Shown here: positions 37,582 to 50,508 of the stretch, one piece after another
Layout: each line of letters starts with the position of its first letter
How positions within the stretch are numbered: the stretch's first letter is position 1
DNA from: Eledone cirrhosa
Lineage: Eukaryota
NCBI GenBank assembly: GCA_964016885.1
Contig: OZ024741.1
Location: 334,738,001-334,802,000 of the forward strand
DNA length: 64,000 bases
Reading direction: 5' to 3'
Made by a program: the position numbers and the translations under genes
The notes under the pieces: generated by a model
What the model was told of the DNA's origin: nothing
Databases searched by the model: none
The model's input: the letters and a program-made list of their open reading frames with translations, nothing else

Positions 37582-38016
37582 TATATATATAGATATATAC
37601 ATATGTATATAGATATATACATATGTATATACATATATACATATGTATATAGATATATACATATGTATATAGATATATACATATTATTTTCCTGACATTT
37701 GTACATTATTCTATGTACTATACATGCACCTTTGATGAGTTGTAGTGCACCTGAGCACTGTACACAATAATTTCATTATTATTATTATTATATGTATATA
37801 CATATATACATATGTATATAGATATATACATATGTATATACATATATACATATATATATATATACATATGTATATACATATATACATATATATATATTGT
37901 TTTTATTCATTGTTTTTTATTAATTTATATATATATATATATATATAAATATATATATATAGATATATACATATGTATATACATATATACATATATATAT
38001 ATATATACATATGTAT

Positions 38017-38047
<31 letters not shown>

Positions 38048-38049
38048 TA

Positions 38050-38596
38050 GCCATAGTATCTAGAATAAGGATGGGTTGGAAGAAGTTTAGGGAGCTGCTT
38101 CCTCTGTTGACGAAGAAGGGTTTCTCCCTGCGTACGAAAGGCCGGTTGTATGATGCCTGTGTGAGGAGCGCGATGCTGCATGGTAGTGAGACATGGGCAG
38201 CTACGGCAGAAGATATGCGACGGCTGGAGAGAAATGAGGCAAGCATGCTCCGTTGGATGTGCAGTGTAAATGTGCGTGAACGACCCAGCATAAATGCGTT
38301 GAGAGAGAAACTGTGTCTGAGAGGGATAGAATGTAGTGTACGGGAGAGGAGACTGAGGTGGTATGGACATGTGATGCGCATGGAGGATGACCGATGGGTG
38401 AAGAAGTGCCAGGAAATGCCAGTTGAAGGAAGACGTGGTAGAGGTAGACCACGAAAAACATGGGCGGAGGTGGTGAGAACAGACCTCAGATCATTGAAGC
38501 TCACGGTGGAGATGACGAGGGACCGTGACGTGTGGAGAGATGCTGTGCTGAATAAGACCCGTCCCACCCTTGCAAGCAGGGAAAAGCGGACGTAAA

Positions 38597-38628
<32 letters not shown>
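38050..38628 (+). mobile_element. 5'-truncated RTE LINE of a second subfamily whose ORF runs to the tail
   Basis: GWKKFRELLPLL...LHGSETW...RRLRWYGHVMR...GRPRKTW...DRDVWR; stop at 38595 directly before (ATG)n; (TA)n flanks. Confidence 0.92.
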
Positions 38629-38665
<37 letters not shown>

Positions 38666-39094
38666 CACACATACACAAACATCACATATCTCTATATACA
38701 GATATACATATGTGTAAGTGAATATTTTTTCTAATTTCTCAGAATATTTCCACACAATAATTCCATTATCATCGGTGAATGGCATTGCATCGAATGTAAG
38801 TTTCCCTCTGGCAAACCACCACATATTCATATTACAAATAATTCTCTTTTCTTGTTCTGGTTTGAGAAAGGCATGAATGTCACACAATCTATTTCATATT
38901 TATATAACTCCTTTACATATGAGGTTTTATATCTAAATTATATGATCATTATTTATATCTTAACAAAGCATGGTGGATAGGCAGCATTGGTCGAGCGTCG
39001 AACAATATGCTTTGCGGCATATAGTTACTTACTTTTATATTCTGAGTTCAAATCTTGACAAGGTTATCTTTGGCTTTAACCCTTATGTGAAATA

Positions 39095-39590
39095 ATTATA
39101 ATAATAATGAAATTATTATGTACAGTGCTCAGGTGCACTACAACTCATCAAAGGTGCATGTATAGTACATAGAATAATTGCTTCTACTTTTGGCACAAGG
39201 CCAGCAATTACACAGTACATTACTGGTACTCTATTTTATCGACCCCGTAAGGATGAAAGGTAAAGTTAACCTCGACGGGATTTGAACTCAGAATGGCAAG
39301 GGCCGTCAAAACATGGTGTCCGACCCTCTACCGATACTGCCAATCCACCGCCCCTTATAGTACATAGAATAATGTACAAATGTCAGGAAAGTGAATAGTG
39401 TATGAGTCATGATATATATGTGTGTGTGTATGGAAGGGGGATATCAGGTGTAGTGTTTGCGAATTTCGGGAGCATGGAGGTTTTATAGGATGCAGTGTCT
39501 CGGCAGCTAACAACTGATGCAGGTAGTTTGTTCCATGCTTCAGCAACTCTGAGCGTAAAAAAATGTTTCCGAAAGGTGAGATAAAGCCTT
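39095..39590 (-). mobile_element. CR1-clade LINE 3' end, interrupted by a SINE
   Basis: RKHFFTLRVAEAWNKLPASVV is the typical CR1-type ORF2 C-terminus; (ATT)n tail; other copies at 37686-37790, 53110-53307 and 63175-63418. Confidence 0.85.
39179..39355 (-). mobile_element. tRNA-derived SINE (family B) with 18-bp TSD
   Basis: tatagtacatagaataat at 39161-39178 and 39356-39373; A-box-like tggcagtatcgg and B-box gagttcaaatcc. Confidence 0.9.
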
Positions 39591-40011
39591 TGCAGCAAAA
39601 ATACAATAGTATATATAAAGTAATGTAAATACTAAAGGGTTAACCTTCTGAAATAATTTCTCTTTTATCCAATTTCACTCACAAGGGATCTATCTACCTG
39701 AAGTTTTGCTAAATGACTGCCAAACATCCCATATTGAGGGAACAAACTCAGAACCTGATTATTATGAAGAGAACTCCTCAATCACTCAACCGTGTTAAAT
39801 CTGCAGCAGAATGAATAACCACAGTATATACTTGAATATAAGCTGAGAAAAAATGTAACCAAAAAAATCTATGGTAGAAAAGGGTTGGCTTATATTTGGG
39901 GTTTATAATTTGACGATTTTCACCAACTTTAAATTCTACATAAATAAGGTTTGGATTTTTGCTCATTTCTCAGACATAAAATTGTGGGGTTGGCTTATAT
40001 TCGAGTATATA

Positions 40012-40595
40012 TCATCATCGGTTAATATCTATCTTCCACGCTAGCATGGGTTAGACGGGTTTGTCCTATTTGGAGGCAAGTTGTGTGTCATTCATATAGG
40101 AGTGTTACTGGTTGGTTTTCTACGGCTGGATGCCCTTCCTAACACCAACCACATTGAAAGTGTGTGCTGGGTGCTTTTTGTCATGTGACCTACACAACCA
40201 CATTACAGTGTAGACTGGACATTTTTTGTCATGACACCTACACGACCACTTTACAGTGTGGACTGGGCACTTTTTGTCGTGACACCCATATGGCCACTTC
40301 ACAGTGTGGACTGGGCACTTTTTGTTGTGACACCTACACGACCACTTTACACTGTGGACTGGGCACTTTTTGTTGTGACACCTACATGACCACTTTACAC
40401 TGTGGACTGGGCACTTTTTGCCATGACATGTACACAACCACTTTAGAGTGTGGATTGGGCACTTTTTGTCGTGACACGTACATGACCACTTTACAGTGTG
40501 GTCTGGGCACTTTTTGTCGTGACACCTACATGACCACTTTACAGTGTGGACTGGGCACTTTTTGTCATGGCAGCTACATGACCACTCTACAGTGT
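40012..40595 (-). mobile_element. RTE/SINE 3' region with ~9 tandem 48-bp modules
   Basis: gggcactttttgtcgtgacacctacacgaccactttacagtgtggact with period 48 (40265, 40313...). Confidence 0.85.
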
Positions 40596-40647
40596 ATATT
40601 TCTACAGTATATATTTTTATGGTAGTTGTGTAGCAAAATAAATAATT

Positions 40648-41140
40648 ACTGTATATACTTGAATAAAAGCTGTGGAATATGTGACCAACAAATCAATGGT
40701 AAAATTGGCATCATCTAAACCAGGCATGGGCAACCTTTTTCGAGAAGTGGGCTGCATGAGATATAGCTCATCATCAGGTGGGCCGCAAGCGCTAATTTAA
40801 ATTTGTACCCACACTAAAAAGAAAGGGTGGTAACTCAGGTTGTTTTGATTTGTTTCTTCAGAATTCGTACACGTTGTTTTCCTCGATCATAAAAATGATA
40901 GAAAGATAAATTACGACTGAAAAGTTGGGGTAAAAAAATCAGAAAGATTTCACTTAGGTGACTTAGGTGAGCCATTCAGAAAGCTTCGTGGCCTGAATGT
41001 GGCCTGTGGGTCGCAGGTTGCCCATGACTGATCTAAACAATGTGTTGATTAGCTACCTCGACTTATAAATGGGGTTTGAATTTTTACCCATTTCTCAGAC
41101 ATAAAATATGGGGTCGACTTATATTCGGCTATACATGGTA
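40648..41140. mobile_element. pogo/Tigger-like MITE hosting a hAT MITE
   Basis: Ends tactgtatatacttgaata...tattcggctatacatggta; related copies at ~39820-40011 and ~63450-63597. Confidence 0.6.
40721..41030. mobile_element. hAT (Charlie/Buster-like) MITE with 8-bp TSD
   Basis: TIRs caggcatgggcaacct / aggttgcccatgactg; TSD atctaaac at 40713-40720 and 41031-41038. Confidence 0.9.
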
Positions 41141-41477
41141 TATATTTTTAAGGTAGCAATGCAGCAAAATAAATAACTATATATTTATAAGGTAGCCTTT
41201 TTTATCTTTCATTTTTTTTTGAAAACGCTGACCTTCTAGAATTTCCATTAAAATATTTAAGCTAATTAACACTAATTTCGCGAATCATAAATTTTACTAA
41301 CCGACTTGTGTTTTAAAATGGTCTCTAGCCATCGTTTTATAATTATCTTTCTATGTTTTTTTGTTTTAAAGTTGGCAACATCAAAGGAATTATTTAATAA
41401 ACTAAACTCTACAATGAAAGTTGTTATTTCCTCTCCTGATCATCACTACTATTCCCCCACAATCATACCCTCGTCGT

Positions 41478-42440
41478 CGCCACCACCACCACCACCACCA
41501 TCATCACAATCACCAGCACTACCACAACCACCACCACAACCATCATCACCACTGCCACATATACCACCAACCACCACCACCACCACTACCACTGTCACTA
41601 TCATCTTCACCTTCACCACTACTTCCACCACCACCACCACCACAAGACCCACCACTACCACTGTCACCATCACCAACACCTTCACCACTACCACCACCAA
41701 CACTACTACCACCACCACCACTACCAGACCCACTACTACCATTGTCACTATCACCAGCACTAGGCCAAGCACCACCACCACCATCAGACCCCACCCCACA
41801 GCTATACTCTCTCCACCATCACAACCACCACCCACCACCACTACCACCACCATCACCACCAGACCCACTTCTGCCATTGTCACCATCACCACCACCACCA
41901 GGCCCACCATCACTACCACTGTCACCATCACCAACACCTTCACCTCTACCACCACCACCACCACTACCAGACCCACCACCACCACCACCACCACTGTCAC
42001 CATCACCAACACCTTCACCTCTACCACCACCACCACCACCACCACCTCCAGACCCACCACTACCACTGTCACCATCACCAACACCTTCACCTCTACCACC
42101 ACCACCACCGCCACCACCTCCAGACCCACCACTACCACTGTCACCATCACCAACACCTTCACCTCTACCACCACCACCACCGCCACCACCTCCAGACCCA
42201 CCACTACCACTGTCACCATCACCAACACCTTCACCTCTACCACCACCACTGCCACCACGACCACCGCCACCACCTCCAGACCCACCACTACCACTGTCAC
42301 CATCACCAACACCTTCACCTCTACCACCACCACTGCCACCACCTCCACTCCCACTACTACCATCGTCACAACCACCATCACCACCCACCACCCACCATCA
42401 CCACCACCACCACCAACCACCACTACCCCATCACCACTAT
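41478..42440. repeat. (ACC)n-derived minisatellite with ~70-bp units
   Basis: Repeated agacccaccactaccactgtcaccatcaccaacaccttcacctct. Confidence 0.85.
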
Positions 42441-43584
42441 TGTCTTTGGTAAGGTGTGGAGGTGGGGAGATGTGAGGGGTGGTGGGGGACAGATTACATC
42501 ACTGTGTTTTAATCAACAGTAATCTGTTTTTATTTATTTTGCCTTTTTTTGTTTTTGTTTCAAATAACAAATTATGTATGAGTGTGTATGTATGTGTATG
42601 TATGTGTATTGATGTGTGTGTGTATGAATGTATGCCTAGTGTGTGAATATATGTGTATGTGTATATGTATATGTGTATATGTATATGTGTATGTGTATAT
42701 GTCTGTTGTATTAATCTGTGTGTGTATGAATGTATGCCTAGTGTGTGAATATATGTGTGTGTATATCTATATGTGTATATGTATATGTGTATGTGTATAT
42801 GTCTGTTGTATTAATCTGTGTGTGTATGAATGTATGCCTAGTGTGTGAATATGTGTGTGTGTATGTATGTGTATATGTCTGGTGTATTGATGTGTGTATG
42901 TATGTGTATGTCTAGTGTATTGATGTGTGCATATGTATGTGTCTGGTGTATTGCGTGTGTATGAATGTATGTCTGGTGTGTGAATATGTATGTGTGAGTG
43001 CATATGTATGTGTATATGACTGTTGTATTAATCTGTGTGTATGTCTGGTGTGTGAATATGCATGTGTGTGTATGAATGTATGCCTGGTGTGTGAATATGT
43101 ATATGTGAGTATATATTTGTGTATATGTCTGCTGTGTATCTATGTGTCTAGTGTATTGTGTGTATGAATGTATGCCTAGTGTATGAACATGTATCTGTGT
43201 GTGTATGTATGTGTATATGTCTGGTGTGTGAATATGTATCTCTGTGTATGTATGTGTATATATCTAGTGCATTGATGTGTGTGTGTGTGTGTGTGTGTGC
43301 ATGTGTATGTATGTGTATATGTCTGGTGTGTTGTGTGTGTGTGAATGTATGCCTGATGTGTGATATGTGTGTGTGTATAAGTGTATGTTTGGGGCATGTG
43401 TATGTGTGAACATCTATGAACATGTGTGTGTGTCTCTGTCTAGTGTGTGAATATCTATATAGATGTGTGTGTATATCTATGTTTGCCTGGTGTGTGTGAA
43501 TATCTATCTATATATATGTATGTGTATGTCTGTCTGGTGTATGTATATATGTGTGTATGTCTGTGTAATCACATAGTTTCATTT

Positions 43585-44620
43585 GTGTGTGTATATGTGT
43601 ATGTATGTCTGGTGTATGTGAATATCTATGTATATATGTGTGTATATGTGTATGTATGCCTAATGTATGTGAATATCTATGTATATATGTGTGTATATGT
43701 GTATGTATGTCTGGTCTATGTGAATATGTATGTATATATGTGTGTATATGTATATGTATGCCTAATGTATGTGAATATCTATGTATATATGTGTGTATAT
43801 GTGTATGTATGTCTAGTGTATGTGAATATCTATGTATATATGTGTGTATATGTGTATGTATGTCTGGTGTATGTGAATATCTATGTATATATGTGTGTAT
43901 ATGTGTATGTATGTCTGGTGTATGTGAATATCTATGTATATATGTGTGTATATGTATATGTATGCCTAATGTATGTGAATATCTATGTATATATGTGTGT
44001 ATATGTGTATGTATGTCTGGTCTATGTGAATATCTATGTATATATGTGTGTATATGTATATGTATGCCTAATGTATGTGAATATCTATGTATATATGTGT
44101 GTATATGTGTATGTATGTCTAGTGTATGTGAATATCTATGTATATATGTGTGTATATGTGTATGTATGTCTGGTGTATGTGAATATCTATGTATATATGT
44201 GTGTATATGTGTATGTATGTCTAGTGTATGTGAATATCTATGTATATATGTGTGTATATGTGTATGTATGTCTGGTGTATCTGAATATCTATGTATATAT
44301 GTGTATATGTATCTGAATATCTATGTATATATGTGTATATATGTGTGTATATGTGTATGTATGTCTGGTGTATGTGAATATCTATGTATATATGTGTGTA
44401 TATGTGTATGTATGCCTAATATCTATGTATATATGTGTATATATGTGTGTATATGTGTATGTATGTCTGGTGTATCTGAATATCGATGTATATGTATATG
44501 TATATGTATGTCTGGTGTATCTGAATATCTACGTGAATATCGATGTATATGTATGTCTAATGTATGTGAATATCTATGTATATGTATGTCTGGTGTATGT
44601 GAATATGTATGTATATATAT
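43585..44620. repeat. 51-bp minisatellite derived from (TG/TA)n
   Basis: Unit gtgtatatgtgtatgtatgtctggtgtatgtgaatatctatgtatatatgt, about 14 regular copies plus degenerate ones. Confidence 0.9.
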
Positions 44621-44788
44621 GTAAATGTCTGTCTATGTAATCACATAATTTTAATTCATTTTCTACACAATTTAGCAGAACTTTAATCATTATTCTCTGA
44701 ATTTTACAATTAAAACTTTAGTTATTGCTTAGTATTGAGTCTTGTGTAGTTTTGTAACTGAGAATTACTGAGGCAATGTCACCTCAGT

Positions 44789-45910
44789 GGTGGTGCATGG
44801 CCTGGTGGTAAGGGTGTTGGATTTACAATCATAATATTGGGTTTGATTCTTTGACTGTGTTGTGTTTGTGTTCTTGAGCAAGTCTCTTAATTTCACATTG
44901 CTCCTAGGAGCACTATGTTTGATGGCCAATACTGTACATTAGATAATATAATCCTAGATAGTGGAGATACCTGGCCTTGTGGTAAGGGTGTTGGACTTAC
45001 GATTATAATGTTGTGGGTTTGATTCTTTGACTGTGTTGTGTTTGTGTTCTTGAGCAAGTATCTTAATTTCACATTGCTCCTAGGAGCACTATGTTTGATG
45101 GCCAATACTGTACATTAGATAATATAATCCTAGATAGTGGAGATACCTGGCCTTGTGGTAAGGGTGTTGGACTTACGATTATAATGTTGTGGGTTTGATT
45201 CTTTGACTGTGTTGTGTTTGTGTTCTTGAGCAAGTATCTTAATTTCACATTGCTCCTAGGAGCACTATGTTTGATGGCCAATACTGTACATTAGATAATA
45301 TAATCCTAGATAGTGGAGATACCTGGCCTTGTGGTAAGGGTGTTGGACTTACGATTATAATGTTGTGGGTTTGATTCTTTGACTGTGTTGTGTTTGTGTT
45401 CTTGAGCAAGTATCTTAATTTCACATTGCTCCTAGGAGCACTATGTTTGATGGCCAATACTGTACATTAGATAATATAATCCTAGATAGTGGAGATACCT
45501 GGCCTTGTGGTAAGGGTGTTGGACTTACGATTATAATGTTGTGGGTTTGATTCTTTGACTGTGTTGTGTTTGTGTTCTTGAGCAAGTATCTTAATTTCAC
45601 ATTGCTCCTAGGAGCACTATGTTTGATGGCCAATACTGTACATTAGATAATATAATCCTAGATAGTGGAGATACCTGGCCTTGTGGTAAGGGTGTTGGAC
45701 TTACGATTATAATGTTGTGGGTTTTATTCTTTGACTGTGTTGTGTTTGTGTTCATGAGCAAAAGACATCTTTTCACATTACTCCTAGGAACACTATGTTT
45801 GATGGCCAGTAGCACTAACTACAATACTACACATTAGATAATATAGTCCTAGATAGTGGAGGCATGTGGCCATGTGGAAAGGATGTTGGACTTATGATCA
45901 TAATGTTGTG
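44789..45910 (+). repeat. 176-bp tandem array derived from a tRNA/CORE SINE head
   Basis: Repeated ORFs spaced exactly 176 bp apart; the unit contains tggccttgtggtaagggtgttggac...cttgagcaagtatcttaatttcacattgctcc. Confidence 0.92.
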
Positions 45911-46883
45911 TGTTTTGTTTTTGAGTAAAACGCTTCATTTTACATTGTTCCAGTATACTCAGCTGAAAATGAGTACTAGCAATAACTGGGGATTTAACTC
46001 TGTGATAGACTGGTGTCCTGCCCAGGGGAGAGTCTTGTAATTTCAGTTGCTTAATGCCACAGTGACCAGGATAAGCACCAGGCTAATGAGCCTCAAGACA
46101 AACTTATTTTTAGAAATTGATTGTTGTTTTGTAACTTTGTTAGCTAAACAAAATTGTTGGTTCATACTCCAGCAATGCTTCCCATTTTCACAACAATGAT
46201 TAACTTTCAAATGCTTAGTCCACTTAGCTGTGAATAGATACCATATCTATTCTTGAAGCCAGTTTACATACCTGTGCCAGATAATAGCTTCCTATTACTG
46301 GCATAAATCTGCACCTACATTAATTTATTGATACCACACCACCAAAACTTTGCCGTTGTATTCTTCTAAAAAATCTTTCATCACAATCTTATAAAAAAAA
46401 CATTTGTTATGTCCCCAAATACCAGCTTAACCATTTTGGTATCAAACAACCTGAAACTGTTTCAGGTTCTGTGATATGAAGCTGTTTATTTTAAAATGTA
46501 CTCGTATATATTTATCTACAAACCTTCCATGATAGGTTTATGTAAGGACATTAGTCCTGTTCCAAACACCAGCTTCATAATGTGAAAGTTAGTTATATTA
46601 CTAAATCAGTCAAATTCTGCTGAGGTTAGCTTTGATTTTCATTCTTTCAGGATCAGTAAAGTACCAGTCAAATACTAGGGTTAATTTTTTATTAATACCA
46701 ATTCTTTTGATACCATCTTTGTCTTATCTAACAAATGGCTCTTCTTTTTTTTTTTCTCCTTTTTCTATTTAAATCAAAATCTTCCAATATAATTCCTATT
46801 AACAACATTTCATTAGGTTATATTACAAACACTGATAGATGAGAATAGAGTATAATTAATAAGAATGATTGTGAGGTATGTAA

Positions 46884-47111
46884 TAAATGACTGATAACTT
46901 TCAGAAAGCTGGTACAGTACAAAACAAAGTAATCTTTTTTACCCAGTATATTTCAACATATTTCAGGGCTATTACCCTCTTTTCAAATGTGAAATATCTT
47001 GTTGAAATAATCTGGGTAATATATTACTTTGTATTGTTTTATTCGTCATCTTTTGCCCTTTATATATTTCTACTGCATTGTACCAGCATTCTGAAAATTA
47101 TCAGACATTTA
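46884..47111. mobile_element. Imperfect palindromic (fold-back) MITE-like element
   Basis: taaatgactgataactttcagaaagctggtaca / tgtaccagcattctgaaaattatcagacattta, with an inner inverted pair acccag..atttcaaca / tgttgaaat..ctgggt. Confidence 0.65.
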
Positions 47112-49639
47112 TATTGGTGGATGGAAACTTGTGTTCATATTCATATGATAAAATCTTAATCAAAATCTCATTATAACATGAATCAAGATCTAAAAATTCA
47201 GTTAGTCAACACCGACATAATGTAATAGTATATAAAGTTACAGATATAACTCTTTTAATATCAACTGTCTTGAGACCACTTCTACTAAAGTGTTCCTATT
47301 CAAATTATAAAATCTCAATCAAAATCTCATTAAAACATGAATTATAATGTAAGATTTATGTTGGTCAAACAACAACATATAGTAATTTATAAAATTATAG
47401 ATATTTTACTAACCAACTAAAAATAAATATCATTATATTAAGAATTATAAAAGATTGTCTGCACATTAGAAATTAGAAATTTGGTCATGAATTTGTTAAT
47501 ACTCATATAAATAAACCAAGATGTGAATGGAATTATAATAGAAGACCAGTTGGAATGTGCTGTTGAAACAACAAGAGCTCAGCCATCAGGCCCTGACTCT
47601 CTACTGTATTTACATTCTACTTCCCTTGCATCGAATGCTCTGCTAAATAATGGTCTCACTAGTTTAAAATTGGTATATTCCTGATCTCTCTCTCATATAT
47701 AGGTTGGCCTTACTAACAGTAAATGTAATCATTAAGCCTTTCATGACAATATTTTTAATTAAGTATACCATATTAGATTTAATTAATGAAGAATTTCAAA
47801 GGCTTTACTAAAATTATTATTACATTATTAAAATGGTATTTGTAACATCTTCTTCCTGGGAGGGTCATGGAAGCAGAGTCCTCAAACACTCCTTCCAGCA
47901 GGTCCTGTCATAAGTAACAATCTCCAATTGATATTTGTAACGTTACCTAACAAAATGTTCTTTTGAAATTATGTTGAAAGATTATAATTTAGCTAGTCTT
48001 TGGTCTTTTCATTACTGATATGATGTCAGTTGTAACTCCTGGTAGAAGGAGGTAGCATTTGAAATCAGAAGGTACAGAGCCAGATTAGATATCATGAACC
48101 ACTACTATAATTACTTGGCAGTGAAAAGGTTGGGAACCAATAGCATTTACGATGGGTTTCTACACACTTTCTGTCTACCAAATTCCATGTATAAGATATT
48201 ATCGAAAACTTAGGTTATGGTAGAAGATACTTGCCAAATGTGCTAAACAGCAAGCCCATGGCCACATGGTTGTGAATCACAGCTACAACTACACCCATCT
48301 CATTTAAATTCTTCAGTAAAGTAGATGACTTGGAATGGCTCAGAAAAGTATTTTAGAAGGAAAAAGAATGGTCAATTATTATTCTGGACCAAGGAAATTG
48401 TTTCTATTGGTCTTTCCCTTGCTAATACTATCAACCTTTTGCAACGCCTGGCAGAAGAAGGAGATGATCATCAGATTAGACAATGTTTCTGAATGCAGCC
48501 AATTTCTGTCAGAGAAGCAGGAAGAAAGAGATATAAAGAAAGAATCTTGCACAGAATTGGACCAGTAAAGTTTTTTTTATTGACCTTGAAAAGATAAAAA
48601 ACAAAGTTAATCTTGGCAGTAGGATTTGAGCTCAGAGAGTACAGACAACTGGAACAAATGCCACAAAGTATTCTGTCCAAAGCTCTCACAACTTTGCCAA
48701 CTCATTGTTAAACAAGGTAGGGAAACTGAGGAAACAGTATATTTGTGGTTATCGTCTTTGAGATAAACCTAGATTGAAACCAGCATGATTCCATTTTCAG
48801 AGGTTTATAATTCTATACATTTCAAATATTGAGATTTTACCGAAAATATATAATAGATACTGATATTTTAATCAGAAAGTAATTATTATTGGGAAAAAAC
48901 ACACACACACACACAAACAAAAAACTTTTTCTTTATTGCTTATTTCATTTACTATCAATGATTCCCCAAACCCACATCACCCCTACTCCATTTCATAGTC
49001 GTGCTGTTGTTGTTGTTGTTGTTCTCCTTCTGCTCTTCATCGTAATCGTCATTCTTGTTATAATAATTGTTGTCGATGTTATTAGCCACCAACACCATCA
49101 CCATCATTGACACCATCACCATCATCAACACCATCAACACCACCAACACCATCAACACCATCAACACCATCACCATCATCAACACCATCAACACCATCAA
49201 CACCACGGTTTCTCGTTTTTATCAATACTGAAGTGATTGCTGTGACATTTCAGATATTAACAAAATTCCTCCCCCTTCTTCTTCTTCTTCTTCTTCTTCT
49301 TCTTCTTCTTCTTCTTCTTCTTTGTTGTTGTTGTTGTTCTCCTTCTTCTTCTTCTTCTTCTTCTTCTTTGTTATTATTTTACTTTCCTCCTATTCCTAGA
49401 TTTATTCATTCATGGATGTATTGTCATGTATTGTTGTTGTTGTGGTTGTTGTTGTTGTGGGTGATGTGGAACTACCCCTCCCCATCCTTTAACAAAATTT
49501 AGCAAGACCCTCATTTCATTTTGTAATTTTGAAAAATGTTGCTATGTATGTATTCACATGTGTGTATGTGTGTGTGTATATATGTATATATGCATGCATG
49601 TATGTGTATGTATGTATGGGTGTATGTGTGTGTATGTAT

Positions 49640-49737
49640 GTAACATAAATGAATAAGGAAAAGTTGTTCCTCTGCTACTAGTACTTAATAGTGTGTGTGT
49701 GTGTATGCGTGTGTATGTATGTGTATGTATGTATGTA

Positions 49738-49770
<33 letters not shown>

Positions 49771-50192
49771 TATGTACACAACTGAATCAGGAAAAGTTGT
49801 TCCTGTGCTGCTGGTATATAACAGTGTGTGTGTGTATGTATGCATGTGTGTGTGTGTGTGTGTGTGTGTATGTATGCATGTGTATGCATGTGTATGTATG
49901 TGTGTAACAATTGAATCAGGAAAAGTTGTTCCTATGCTGCTGGTACATAACAGGGTGTGTGTGTGTGTGTGTGTATGCATGTGTGTGTATGCATGTGTGT
50001 GTGTGTATGTATGCATGTGTGTGTGTATGTATGCATGTGTGTGTGTATGCATGTGTGTGCAAGTGTGTGTGTGTGTATGTATGCATGTGTGTGCATGTGT
50101 GTGTATGTGTGTGTGTGTGTCTATGCATGCGTATGTATGTGTGTAACACAATTGAATAAGGAAAAGTTGTTCCTGTGCTGCTGGTACATAAT
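49640..50192. repeat. Four copies of a ~45-bp motif separated by (GT)n tracts
   Basis: tgaat(c/a)aggaaaagttgttcct..gctgctggta at ~49650, 49783, 49912 and 50152. Confidence 0.85.
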
Positions 50193-50463
50193 AAACAGCT
50201 CATACTTTGAAATCTATTGCTAAACACATTGTCCCACCCTTGCAAGCCGGGAAGAACAGACGTAAAATGATGATGATGATGATTTGCACTGCTTATTAAC
50301 TTGATCTGTTGTTCTGCTGTACTTTTGGGTGATGCTGTTGTTGTTCTTCTTCTTCTTATAGCTGCTACTACTGTTCGTTGTTGTTGTTGTTATCATTATT
50401 ATGTATTCTACTTAATATTATCATTATTGAATAAATGATTATTATTAGAAATCATCATCATCG

Positions 50464-50508
<45 letters not shown>

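Noticed and set aside
37729-37775. ttgatgag motif in the CR1 3' UTR as a possible hammerhead core
   Set aside because: It lacks C3 and a downstream GAAA with helices; the gtgcacctgagcac hairpin is better explained as the CR1 3' recognition stem-loop.
38700-38887. Non-repetitive minus-strand reading frame (CDIHAFLKPEQEKRIICNMNMWWFARGK...) as a possible exon
   Set aside because: There is no recognisable family and no convincing splice sites; it cannot be supported without transcript data.
41306-42475. 389-aa Thr/Pro-rich mucin-like ORF with a hydrophobic N-terminus
   Set aside because: Several frames on both strands are open because the DNA is (ACC)n-derived, and similar tracts occur at 5005-6705 and 15936-16612. 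There is no recognisable domain or splice evidence; RNA-seq would be needed to rescue it.
44893-45815. Five tandem ~70-aa ORFs suggesting a peptide gene cluster
   Set aside because: They are antisense translations of the SINE-derived 176-bp repeat.
49640-50192. Four ~45-bp repeats with variable spacers
   Set aside because: The spacers are (GT)n microsatellite of very unequal length; this is an ordinary composite minisatellite.
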